Assembly (NCBI RefSeq): GCF_963676685.1
Contig: NC_092345.1
Coordinates: forward strand, 48,918,001 to 48,982,000
Direction: 5' to 3'
Length of the DNA stretch: 64,000 nt
Source of the DNA: Mytilus edulis
Taxonomy: Eukaryota
In this document: one piece after another, positions 52,197 through 64,000 of the stretch
Layout: every line of letters begins with the position of its first letter
Position numbering within the stretch: position 1 is the first letter of the stretch
Position numbers and translations under genes: made by a program
Notes under the pieces: generated by a model
The model's input: the letters and a program-made list of their open reading frames with translations, nothing else
What the model was told of the DNA's origin: nothing
Database searches by the model: none

Positions 52197-54399
52197 CATT
52201 ATCAAATCAATACTATTTTAATTTTGTTCCATTATTTTTTAATTATTATTATATTTCAGTCAAATCTGATTTTGAAAATATGCAATAAATCAAGCACAGG
52301 GCTTTCAGTTATATTTGACTGGTTTTTTTTTATCACTGTAGAGGTACAACAAAAGTGATGACGTTTTGTCGTTTTTCTCGTTCACTTAAAAGTAAAAGTA
52401 ACAGAAAGAGAAATACATCCACCAATCTCAATATCATTTTATCACATAAACAAGGTCGCATTTGTAATAAAATGAAAAGGAATGTATCGGGTGGCTAAAA
52501 TAAATTAATGTCGAATTTACTGCGAAAAAAATGCGTTAGAAAAGGGGATTGTTATTATTTACAGACAACACAGAAGAATTGCTGAATCAGTCTAAACTCC
52601 ACAATATTGTTTATCAAAGTAATACTAGACGTATCTATATTTAGTCGGCTCTCGTGATATATTTTTGATAGATTTATTCATCTCTTATAAACTTTTGAGC
52701 ATTACATTATTAGAATTTGTCTCTGTATTTCTTTGGCTGTATTTTTTGGTGCGAAAGATGTGTTTTTCTGATTCTTCTAACGTTTAGATAGTAACTACAC
52801 ACACTATTTGCCCACACATATCACTTATAAAACTTTAAGATTTCGTCTTTCCGACCATGCGATAAAGATTAAAAATTTGAAGATTTTAATTGAATAGTGA
52901 AAATAAAAATCGAACCTAATCGTCAGTGTTTCAAATAATACATAAAAATAGACATAACAGATGTACTTTCAGCCTTCAATGGAGACCATCTCATTTTAGA
53001 TATCCCCCAACCTTTGAAAATGTGTGAAACTTAAAATTTCCGACATGGTAGTTTCATAAATGAATCTATAATGTATCAACATTATTATTTTCAAGACCTC
53101 AATTTTTAAATTGATTCAGTGATAAGAATCAAGAATTCTTGGTGATAAAATCATTAACTTATAAATAATTTATCCATGTCAATTTTACAGAATAAGAATA
53201 TTAAAGTTGTGGAATTTTTTCAACGAATCTTAAATGATCTTTTAAAAATCATGAACAAAATCTGAGACTACTATAACACACTGTTATAGTAGTCTCAGAC
53301 AAAATGTATTGTTCATCTATAAATTTCGTATTACATGACGTCATACATTATCTATATACACCAAACTTTGAGAACATTGTATTCACTTTACAAAGAAAGT
53401 AGGTTAAAATCAGTACTTTTCCAAATTTAATCTCGTCAAAGACACGGTATTTCAGAGTTCATAGCCGCTATCAAGTGAGTGTTATACATATAGTTAGGTA
53501 TAAGAAAAATCTTAATTATTCACATTATTTGCAACTCGAGTATCAGGTAAATCTATAATAATAACAACATTTGTAATACTTGTAATAATCGTACTAGTAA
53601 AAGCTTTCAAAATGCAGAAAACTCAATACATTGTCTTATTCAAATACATTTTGGAGAAACCGAAGTTTAGATTATGACCAAACGGGATGGACTGCAATCA
53701 ATATTGCCTATATCGTTGTTCTGTATATCCTCTGCCAAATGTGAAATGACCAGAAGTGAATATGCAATATTACGTCCAATGAGACGCGTATCGTTGTTGT
53801 CCCAAAATAATTTAAGCAGCAACCGCGCAGTCCATAATTTTGTATAGAAAATCCACAACTGCATTCCCCGTAGATGCCTCTGTGCAGGTTTGCTATAATA
53901 ATAATCAGTCTGACACGAGCATACATTTCAAAGTTCATGTTTTTGTATAAGAAACCCAACAAATCACTCAGATCAAAATTTAAAGCAGGTTTATAATTTC
54001 GTGACCTTGTTAAAGAATGTGTGGAAACATGGTCAAAATTTGGACAGCTGTTTTCAAGAATTTTCTGGTTAACAAAGTCAAACACGACAAAATATATCAA
54101 TAGTGTCGATATAGACATCAATCTGCACGAAAAACAAATGCAAAAAAATAAGCGTCCATATTTTTTTAAGTTGATACCAAAATAGTCAACTTAAAATTGC
54201 TAAGAGAACTAGTAGTTTAAACGATTAAGCAATACTTACTCAACCTAAAACCTAGGGATAAATTCAAGTGCTTCAGAAGGATAATCGATTCCTGTTCTAT
54301 TAGTGTCAATCGTCGTGCTGATCATAACACATACAAATATTGTGGTAAGTTGTGGTAGGTAAAAAGAACGGAATGTAGTCATTGGATTAACGTGGTTAC

Positions 54400-55142
54400 A
54401 TCTATAATACTAAAATTACGAGGTCCAATTTGTCAGCCGTCATCACGTAAAAACGACGAATCAAAAAATTCAACTTTATATATAACTTATATAGTACAAA
54501 GGTATAGATTAAAAATTACACCACTCCAGGCCCTTTTGTTTTCCACGTAATTAATATTGCCAATAATTAAGAAGTTCCGGGTCGAGTCCGATATCGATAC
54601 CAATAGTATATTCACCTGTTACCGATTACCTTATCTGTACGTTCCGCATCTGACAGGCGCACCACCAAACGGTGTATTCAGGATTAATATGCTATATAGT
54701 ATTACACGGGTCATAATCACAGGGTTGACACTACTTAATTGTCAAATTGTTACCTATTGTAGTATTTTAATCAGTTAGACTTTCTAAGATAACAATACGA
54801 ATACTAAAAATCTGGACTAAAATAAGGCGTATAGGTACAGTTTTCAATTTGTTAGCGGGCATGACGTAACACAGCGAATCAAAGAATTCAACTTTATTTA
54901 TAACTTATATAGGACAATGCTGTTGATTAAAAAAATTCCATTCCAGGACCTTTTGTTTTCCAAATAATTAATATTATCAATAATTGAAAAGTTCCAGTTC
55001 GACGGGTCCAAACAGAAAGGTTTGAAAGCAGAGAAAACTGTGTATCTTATAATCGGCATGACTTTATCAGATGACAATACTAATACTAAAATAAGGCTTG
55101 CGCATAGTTATATACTTTAATTCAGTCATGGACCCGCGGATG
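54400..55142. repeat. Interspersed element with internal repeat about 420 bp apart
   Basis: gaatcaaa.aattcaactttat.tataacttatatag at about 54458 and 54876, with similar downstream sequence. Confidence 0.55.
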
Positions 55143-55649
55143 CCTCTCTGCTTCACAGTATAGAATATAAAAATAAAGTACATGATTTCTGAAAGACTGA
55201 CCAATAAATACTTTTCTGATTAAACTAGACGCATTTCAAAATACTAAAAATTAACATAACAAAAATACTAAACTCCGAGGAAAATTCAAAACGGATAGTC
55301 CCTTATCAAATAGCAAAATCAAATGATAAAATACATCAAACGAATGAACAACAACACTTATATTCCTGACTTGGAACAGGCATTTTCAAATGTAGAAAAT
55401 TGTGGATTGAACCTGGTTTTATAGCGCTACACCTGTCACTTGTATGACAGTCGCATCAAATTTAATTACACCTACAACAATGCGTGAACAAAACAGACAT
55501 AAAAGGTAAAAATGTCAAAATAGGGGTATATCAGTCATCACCGTGTCACAACCTCATCTGCTTATATGTAGATATGCCTTTCTCAAAAATTGAAATGTTG
55601 GTGGCAGAACTTAAGAGTAGATTTTATTACAAAAAAATCATAAATATTA

Positions 55650-56325
55650 AAAGAGGGACGAAAGATACCAAAGGGACAGTCAAACTCATAAATCTAAAAC
55701 AAACTGACAACGCCATGGCTAAAAATTAAAAAAACAAACAGAAAAACAATAGTACACATGACACAACATAGAAAACGAAAGAATAAACAACACAAACCCC
55801 ACCTAAAACTAGGGGTGATCTCAGGTGCTCCGGAAGGGTAAGCAGATCCTGCTCCGCATGTGGCACCCGTCGGGTTGCTTATGTGATTACAAATCCGGTA
55901 AATAGTATAATTCGGTAGGTCACATTCATGAAAGGGAAGGGGATTGTAGTTACGACGTAAGGAACATATCCGATATCATTTGTGAAACGGTTATTCCATA
56001 ACGGTCAACCAACTCGTGATGGCGTCCGTAAAATTTACGAAGGGATGATTTCAACTTCACCATTTGGAACTCTTGGTTTAATAGCTTCCTTGTGAGCAGT
56101 AACCCTCTATCAAAAAAATCATGATAGGAAACGCAAGCACGGGAATATCGTATCAATTGGGAGATATATACCCCGTATGCAGGTGCTGCTGGAATGTTGC
56201 TACTTAGAAATGGAAAGTTCACAATTGGAAAGCTGAAATCATCTCTTTTGTCGTAAAGTTTTGTTTTCAATCGACCCTCATTGTCAATTTCTAGATGTAA
56301 GTCAAGATATGAAGCCGACTTATTA
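55650..56325 (-). mobile_element. 5'-truncated Penelope-like element (Naiad-type RT C-terminus plus 3' region)
   Basis: Open ORF ASYLDLHLEID..LKTKLYDKRDDFSFPIVNFPFLSSNIP..AYGVYISQLIRYSRAC is a PLE RT thumb region that ends with no GIY-YIG domain after it. 3' region also present at about 39935-40160, 47218-47400 and 51420-51580. Confidence 0.85.
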
Positions 56326-56475
56326 AAGGATGACATAATGTTTGTTGAAAGTTATCTAATCAAATACAACCATCTTCAAACATAGCATTAAAATTGTAGA
56401 TACTCTTTAAAAAAAACATTAACCTTATAGAAGCAGAATCTTAATTGTGTCGTTTGATTATTTCAGTCGAAGACC

Positions 56476-59400
56476 ATGGCAAAACTACTGATGACCTTCG
56501 TAGCAGTATTTGCAGTTTCCATGTGAGTTTCTTACTTTACATTAACACTTAATCATTTGATTGCCCATTAAAGAATTAAACAAATGAACTCCGTCCCATT
56601 TTCGTCTCCACACTCTAACTTAAATTTTCCTGATTAAAATTGTATAAAACTCACACACTTTTAATGAAACCACAATATGCAGACAGACGAATTTGGGAAA
56701 CAAGTCATTAAGTCATTAACCGTTCTACAGAATTCATGCATTTTTTTTTTTAAACTTGGATAATTGCAAAGCTAGAGTAAGAGCAGCCGTGTCCTCTGGC
56801 AAATTCTTCTTTTATTTTTTTAATATTATTTTGCAATCAAGACAGATTCGGAGATCTCGGTTTAAATGAGGTCAACTTTGGACTCTCATAATGTAATTGC
56901 TACCCAATTTTATGTCTTTGCATTTAACTATTTTTAGAGCAATTGTTTTGGGTAACCCTGGAACTACCATAGAAGACAGTGAAGAAGCCAGACATTTATT
57001 TCATTTAGCAGATAAAAATCATGACTTCCTGTTAAATCCTGACGAAATGCATTCCGTCTTTTTAGAGTTTGACTTAAATAGTACGTATATTTTGATCAGT
57101 TTTGGAACTAACTGTATACTCTTCCAGAGTCCCTAAGTGGCCTTTTGTACATACATCAGGCCGTGAGTTTTCTCGTTTGAATGGTTTTACATTTGTCATT
57201 TCGGGGCCTTTTATAGCTGACTATGTAGTATAGACTTTTCTCATTGTTACCTATAGTTGTTAATTTCTGTGTCATTTGGTCTCATTTGGAGAGATCTTCT
57301 CTCATTGGAAATCATACCATATTTTCTGTTTAATGCTATGCAATTTTAAGTTTTGTGTGTGTAAAATGTTGATTATTGTTTGCTTGCAATCTTTCACTAG
57401 TAATTTTTTACGGGAGCTCCGGTACCATCTTATATTATTTTTTTATTTTTCAAGCAGTGAGCCTTTAGCTGTTAAAGACCACTCTAACTTAATTGGGGGG
57501 CCGTAAATACAACTGATTCGATGCATTATTTACTCCTATCGTGTAGTCAATATTTGGCATTTTATACCTGAAAATGTAAAGTAATGAAACGTCGCACGCT
57601 ACTGGTGTTACTTTGGTAAAATCACGGACAAGACACATTCATCTTATTAATTTTTAAACATAAAAATTTGATATTATAAAGTGTTGTATATCATTTTAAA
57701 GCTTTTAAACTCTTCTTTCAGATTATTGCAATTTTGTATATGTAACAGACCATTTTCATAAATTAAAACTCAATAAAACCTTTATTTTGCAATATGATTT
57801 CCTTGTCCCGCGTTACACTTTTAGTTTTGTGAAATTCTGAATACCGTAAAAAACATATAAATTTTATAACCAAACGATATAAAAGTTTGTCTAGAACAAG
57901 CAATTCATAATTGGGCGATGACGTAATGTCGATTTTTTTCTCTCGAAAAGACGAAAATATAGAATAAAAGGGATCAAGATGATACAAATTATGTGTCCCG
58001 TGCACGAAAGGTTGCCGTCATTTTTGTTAAATTGTCCCAAAAAAGGAAATTCCAGAGCAATCCCAATGTCGAAAGTAAATAATTCTTATACTAGTATTTT
58101 GTACAAAGATCACACTTTCGCCTCATGCAATAATTAGGAATTTTTAAAATAAATTCTTATTATTGAGTTGAATAGCAATGTCCGACATTTTGTCCCCTTC
58201 AAACCAAATTAAACGTAGGGTTACGTTTTCTGTTTTTTTCATGATGTTTATTTAATACAGTGCCATTCGCTACATACAAAAAATTATAATGGATAAAAGT
58301 ACAAAAAATTATCTCTATTTTGATATTAAATTCCCATAAATTAAATCTAATATACGAGATATGAGATAAAACTAAAATGTTCGATACAATGTCCCCACAT
58401 ACGATTTTGACGTTATTTAATAAAATATACTTGTAACGTTCCGTCTAATTGTCATTATTGCGGTTTTCACAGACGATTTGGAATACGGCTATTTTGTTTT
58501 GTTGCTTAATAAGAAAACTTTTAAATTAATGTTTTATGTTGAAGCTCTACCGATTCATAGAGAAGGGGTTGGGAGAGATTTTTTCGCGGAACTGAAGTGT
58601 TTTCCGGACTACATGTATAATAGTCGGATCCGCTATAATACAAATTAATAGAAAAAACAGCAATAATAATTGTTCCCTCTAATTCCCTTACATATATTTG
58701 TGCAGAACTGACATGCTAGATATGCTGTAGTCCTTTCGCCTTGACATTCTGGAGTGCAAAGATGAGTGCATTTGCAGTGCATAGTTTATCCATAAAAAAA
58801 GTAATCGATTGCCTTTATATAATTAAAATGCATATAAAACAAATGGTTTCAATTCAAGTTACTTTTTTATTTTTAATTTGTTAATAAAACTAAAGCTTAA
58901 CATCTTTTATCTAAGAAAAAACAATTAATCCTTTCTTACGAAAAAAAATCAATCCTTTAAAATTTATTGTAAAAAGCCATCTGAACAACATGCATCCCAA
59001 CGTTTTTATTTTGGCTTACGTCTTTGAGTGTGTAACGTTAGGTGACACCAGTATCGTGCGTCGTTTCATTACAAATGTACTATTTTTATGGCAGACATGT
59101 CAGCTACTTTATATGACATTTTCTTGGCGTCTCATAAAGGCTTTACTAGGAAAAGAGCAGCAAGTCATCCAATATTTTGAAAACTCTATGAAAAATTAAA
59201 TATTTGTGACAGTTTATTTTATCCATATAGGCGGCGAAAACAGGTGACGGGACTCAATAATCTATGTTCCGCAGTGTCAGCTATTTTAAGAAAGCTACAT
59301 GTACATTCCGGTAGTGACATTCAAAATCCAGGTACTTATAAGTGTAGGAGTTAAGTTGAAACCATTATACATGTCTTTGCCTTGCAAATAATTTCGATTC

Positions 59401-61574
59401 TAATTCCCTCGGAACAAGTCAGAGAACATGCTGTTGCCCCAAATCCACTGTCCCTATCAAAAGTTGTTCAGATACCATTGCTTTTACTACAGAAAGTATT
59501 ATATATATGTCACCATTCATCTAACACTATTTTTTACTATAGATGATACACATATCTATGTGGACGAATTTATCAACGACTGGTTAACGAACAATTTGGG
59601 AACAGCATTAGAGGCCGTGACATTATTCCATCACCTCGATGTTGATAACAGTGGTTATATCAGCGAGAATCCAGATATGCCCTTTATTATGCACTTCTTT
59701 GACAGAGATCGTAAGTACTTTTTTTAAAGGAAGTTGCCTGCAAAAAAATGAGTATTGCATGCAACTCTGTTAAGTTTCAAAGACATATTGGTTTCTGCTT
59801 ACAATCCAAGATGGCGAAAGACACCCGACATAAATTAGAAGTAAAGGATTTGTGTTAGATAGATTGTGAAAAAAATAAATCTAAAGGAAGATGAAATATA
59901 TGGCTTTGAAATTTCTCTACTTTTAAGGTAGGCCAAGTGTCTATCGCTATCTTTAACAAGGATTTGATAGTATTTCAAAATATGGCTTTTCAAACTACAT
60001 GTGTAATTAAACAATTTAAGAAAAGTAAGGGTTCGCGGTGATTTTTTTTTATGGCACTTCATTGATAAAATCAGAGGAATTCGAATATCTGACAAAAATT
60101 TAAAAACAAAAGGAGCGAACATCCTTAAGCCTCGGTCACACCTTACCGGATAGCTCGAACGGACGCCTAACGGATAAAAAAAAAGTTATCCGTTGACAAA
60201 TTTTTTATCCGTTGGGAGTCCGTTGGTGTACTAACGGACATGTAACGAATGCCTAACGGACACACAACGAACATTGAACGTACGTGAAACGGATACATAC
60301 CGGACAGAACGGACGTCGAACGTACATCCAACGGACGAGTACCGGATAAAACGGACACCTAACGGAAGCGTAACGGATAAAACGGATGAACAAAATAATC
60401 TGAAAATTAAAGGCAATAAACCATCTAAAAATTAAAGGCAATAAACCATCTGAAAATTAAAAGAAATAAACCATCTGAAAATTAAAGGCGCGTCAGATGG
60501 ACATGGTATCTAGTATATATGTTATAATATTTGCTTCTGGGAAAGTCTGGTCAGTAGGACAGTTATCAAGGTCACACGTACCAAACAAATTGAACAATTT
60601 ATCCGATTTGATTTTACGTTTCTTCATGAGTTGGTCATATAGACAAAAACTGCGTCGTCTTTCAGGACTAAGCCATGGTCGTGTCCACCATCTCCTTAGT
60701 CTTCTCCTTTCGACAGCTATAAGGGTTATATTTGCTACATTTAAGTTGAGTCTGGCCTGAATAAGAGCTGCTTGGTAGCGAAGACGTGCTCTTACTCCAA
60801 GATCCATAACGAATAATAAATAGTCATGACACTCACGAAAATCTAACATACCATATATTGGCATTTCTGACGCGAAATTTCAATTGGCATTTGTCCGTTT
60901 TACATCTAGTATTTTTGAATTTTATGCATTTCTAATGCATATATGTTTTTGATGTATATTATTTTTCAACTTCTCTGTACCCTTTGTACTTGCATGGTTT
61001 TATGAGAATAAACTATCAGTAGGCATCCGTTTTATCCGTTATCCTTCCGTTAATGTCCGTTTCACATCCGTTTTATTCGTTAGGCGTCCGTTAGGCGTCC
61101 GTTAGGCGTCCGGTAGACGTTCGTTGGTGAATTGGTCTACCGGATCTCCAACGGATGCATAACGGACACGTAACGGATACAAAACGGACGAGTACCGTAC
61201 AAAACGGACGCCTAACGGACGCTTAACGGACGTTCAACGGACATTTTATCCGTTGGACGTCCGTTCAAAGTTTTGAACATGCTCAAAATGTTCCACCGAA
61301 CAAAACGGACGTCAACGGATAAAACGGACGCTTAACGGACACGCAACGGATATGGACGGACGCCTAACGGATAAGAACGGACGTCTAACGGACATCAACG
61401 GATTGAAAAAAAGTTATCCGTTAGGCGTCCGTTCGAGCTATCCGGTAAGGTGTGACCGAGGCTTTAAGCATTCTGTTTACATTTGTAATACCATTTGCTA
61501 TCTATTTTTCAGTTGATGGACATATCAGTCAAGCAGAGTTTGTTATCCAGTGGGTGAAGATTAAAAACTCTTAG
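56476..61574 (+). CDS. Secreted four-EF-hand calcium-binding protein, paralogue 3 (139 aa, His-rich)
   Basis: Exons 56476-56522, 56938-57080, 59543-59710 and 61513-61574. Signal-like MAKLLMTFVAVFAVSIAIVLG|NPG; loops DKNHDFLLNPDE, DLNNDTHIYVDE, DVDNSGYISENPD, DRDLDGHISQAE. AATAAA at 61604. Confidence 0.88.
60128..61463 (-). mobile_element. PIF/Harbinger deletion derivative
   Basis: TTA TSD, about 48-bp perfect TIR (AGCCTCGGTCACACCTTACCGGATAGCTCGAACGGACGCCTAACGGATAA), many subterminal AACGGA repeats, transposase N-terminal remnant RRWWTRPWL..RR..LYDQLM, 25-bp minisatellite at about 60398-60490. Confidence 0.88.
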
Positions 61575-61648
61575 AAACCATGACAACGGAATATTTCTAC
61601 CTTAATAAATACAAGTTATTCATTTTTCATGAATTATTTCTCTTGAAA

Positions 61649-62126
61649 TGTTGTAAACAGAAAATCAAAAACATATACAACAGTTTGTTGCTTGCAGGAT
61701 ATAATGAATATTAGCATGTAAATTATGATACGGAAGTGTGCCGAACTGACCAGTCGTGTCATTTCCCATTTCCAACTGACAGTTTGTTATGGAGTTTGTA
61801 CCAAATTTCTATTGTACTTCACCAGAAGTCCATTACTAGACGAAGTGTGCAAGCTGTACTATATAGTAAGGCGATCAAGATGTCCCCATAATTAGTGGAA
61901 AGCGGCATGTGTGGTCCTCTCAAATCTCGTTTTACAACTATCGATTCATGGGTAGTGTAATGTAGTGTAGTTAATAAATATTTAAAAGAGTTTTCAAGTA
62001 GATATATGATTTGTTTATCAACTTAAATCCAAACCATCCGTATACAAAGAAAAGTGTAGGAAACTATTACAATGTCTATTACTAATGACTAACTACCACA
62101 AAACCAAAGAAACATAGTATACTACA
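61649..62126 (-). repeat. 3' LTR (478 bp) of the Gypsy element
   Basis: On the minus strand the polypurine tract AGAGGGGGTGAA directly precedes TGTAGTA, and the far end reads TACAACA. Confidence 0.7.
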
Positions 62127-64000
62127 TTCACCCCCTCTAAAAGTCAACTAAATAGTTCAATTAAAAATTTCAGTTTATCGTCAAATCCAAATCTACATGG
62201 TTTCATTGCACGTGTAGAACGTCTAATAACGGGAGATGTTTCGATATTGTTGTCTGTGTTGTTGGTAGCTTCCTGTGTTGTATTTTCAACATCGGTTTCG
62301 GCAATGTCCATAGTTCTATCGTTCAAAACGGAATGATCAAGATTGTCATTGCTTATTGATTGTCCTCTTGGCGCTAGTTGTCGGACTGATACAGTAGTTT
62401 CACGTCCATCAGGCAATCTAACATGAGCATAAGTTGGATTAGCTCCCAAAAGATCTACTTCCTCGACGAGAGGATCATACTTAGTCGCACGCAAATGCTT
62501 TTCATTACAACTGGTTCAGGATTGGTCAGCTGCTGATCTTCTTGTGAAGTTGAAAAATCTTTTTCATGTGGAGTACAGTTTATTGATGTACATAATAAAC
62601 TTCGAACAGAGTGCAGTGCATCTGGCAATATACTCTCCCGCTGCGTCTCTTTAAGTCCCAAATATTCTAGTGGTAGTGTCACAGCTTTCCAAATGACACC
62701 GTTATAGGGATCACATTGCCCATTGCTCTGTGGGCTGTATGGCGTTGTCCTGCTAGTAGCTACTACATGCGATTGTAGAAAAGTTTGAGTTCGGCCCTCA
62801 TGAAAGGTTGACCACGGTCCGAGTGAATATAAACAGGCATACCAAAAATAGCAAATAACTGTCATAAACACTGAATAACTGTTGCCCTTGTCATATCGGA
62901 ACAAGGAAAGGCAAACGGGAATCTTGAGTATTCGTCAACAACGGTAAGAATATACTTCTTCGTACTAACAGACGGCAATGCTCTTTTAAAATCAATATTT
63001 AAACGTTCAAAAGGTTGTGTAGCTTTCACAAGAGGGGATGCATTCGGTTTAGCATACTGATGTTTTACTTTTGCACAAATCTCACACTGTTTGATAATTC
63101 TCTTGACGTCATCTACTAAGAATGGTGAGTTCTTTGAACGGACGAATTAAAGGAAATCGATTGATGCCCGGATGGCAAAGTGCACTATGTAATTCAGAAA
63201 GGGTATCAGATCTTTCGGATGAGCAGTAAGCTCCAGAAAAACAATCGGCTGATGCATTGTCTCGTCCAGGACGGTATTTTATATCATAACTGTAGCATCT
63301 CAATTCAGTTCTCCATTGAATTATTTTGTTATTTTTCACTTTACCGTGCTTCTTCGAATCAAACATATGAGAAACTGCTTCCTGATCAGTGACAAGAGTG
63401 AAGTGTTTCCCACTAAGTAAGTGTATCCACTTGCGAACAGCTTCTATGAAGGCACATGCTTTCTTTTCTACAGTTGAGTGTCCTAATTCATGAGCATTTA
63501 AAGTTCTCGAAAAGAATGCAACAGGTCATGGTCAGGTCGTAAAACACTTGACTGATGGTGTATCCAAGTAGATCGACTGACTCGACAGAATACACACATT
63601 TGTCCTCATTAAATGTCAGCTGATGTTTGTCCGCAACATCAAGAAATCTACGCAAGATTTCATCATATTCGTTTTGGTCGATTCCTATTGTGATATTATT
63701 GATATAAACAAATACTGCTTCTTATTTGTTTTCAGCAACTAGACAGTCAATGACCCTTTGAAAACAAGAAACTACATTCGTAACACCAAATGGAACTCGT
63801 CGAAATTGATACAAACTGCCATTGGCTTCAAAACCTGTATACTTCTTTTCGTGTTCACGTAACGGAATTTGATGATAGGCACTACGTAAATCAAGCGTAC
63901 TGCATACCTTATATTTGGCGATATCTGAGACCATTTGACTAATGTTAGGAAACGGATAAGCATCAAGTTCAATATATATGTTGATAGTTTGAGAATACTA
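62127..64000 (-). mobile_element. Decayed Ty3/Gypsy LTR retrotransposon pol (RT, RNase H, integrase), truncated by the window edge
   Basis: DLRSAYHQIPL and RVPFGV (RT); catalytic motif now reads YINN; YDIKYRPGRDNASAD (RNase H end); LHSALCHPG (integrase zinc finger); TTPYSPQSNGQ (integrase core). Order RT-RH-IN; many frameshifts. Confidence 0.92.

Noticed and set aside
53261-53299. Perfect 17-bp-arm palindrome tctgagactactataac..gttatagtagtctcaga
   Set aside because: Isolated, with no supporting context; likely a collapsed MITE remnant and not callable as a miRNA or terminator.
53667-54121. 137-aa and 65-aa minus-strand ORFs
   Set aside because: Non-ATG start for the longer one, no recognisable motif and no exon partners; probably chance ORFs in repeat-derived DNA.
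60167-60441. Several short ORFs with repetitive peptides
   Set aside because: Translations of the AACGGA subterminal repeats of the Harbinger element.

Overview
AT-rich, intron-containing animal genomic DNA. The repeat families look like those of a bivalve mollusc, probably Mytilus (inference from recognised repeats, not a search). All gene models below were spliced by hand from splice sites and codon phase. (1) 621-17616, minus strand: the 5' part of GAPVD1 (RasGAP domain plus acidic linker, 8 coding exons, one GC-AG intron). The VPS9 end lies off the left edge and a candidate promoter sits at about 25.2-25.7 kb, possibly bidirectional. (2) 32021-36133, plus strand: a 7-exon gene for a 332-aa highly charged protein I do not recognise, almost invisible in the ORF track. 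(3) 39.7-61.6 kb, plus strand: three tandem paralogues encoding small secreted four-EF-hand proteins (149, 139 and 139 aa) with identical intron positions and diverged Ca-binding loops. (4) 61649-64000, minus strand: a decayed Gypsy LTR retrotransposon whose LTR lies just after the third EF-hand gene. Introns and intergenic DNA are full of Helentron-type non-autonomous elements carrying tandem arrays, MITEs of several kinds, SINE-like fragments, Penelope-like RT remnants and a retrozyme-type repeat with a near-intact minimal hammerhead ribozyme. I found no clear evidence of a wholly new system. The best leads are the secreted EF-hand cluster, the orphan gene and the hammerhead.
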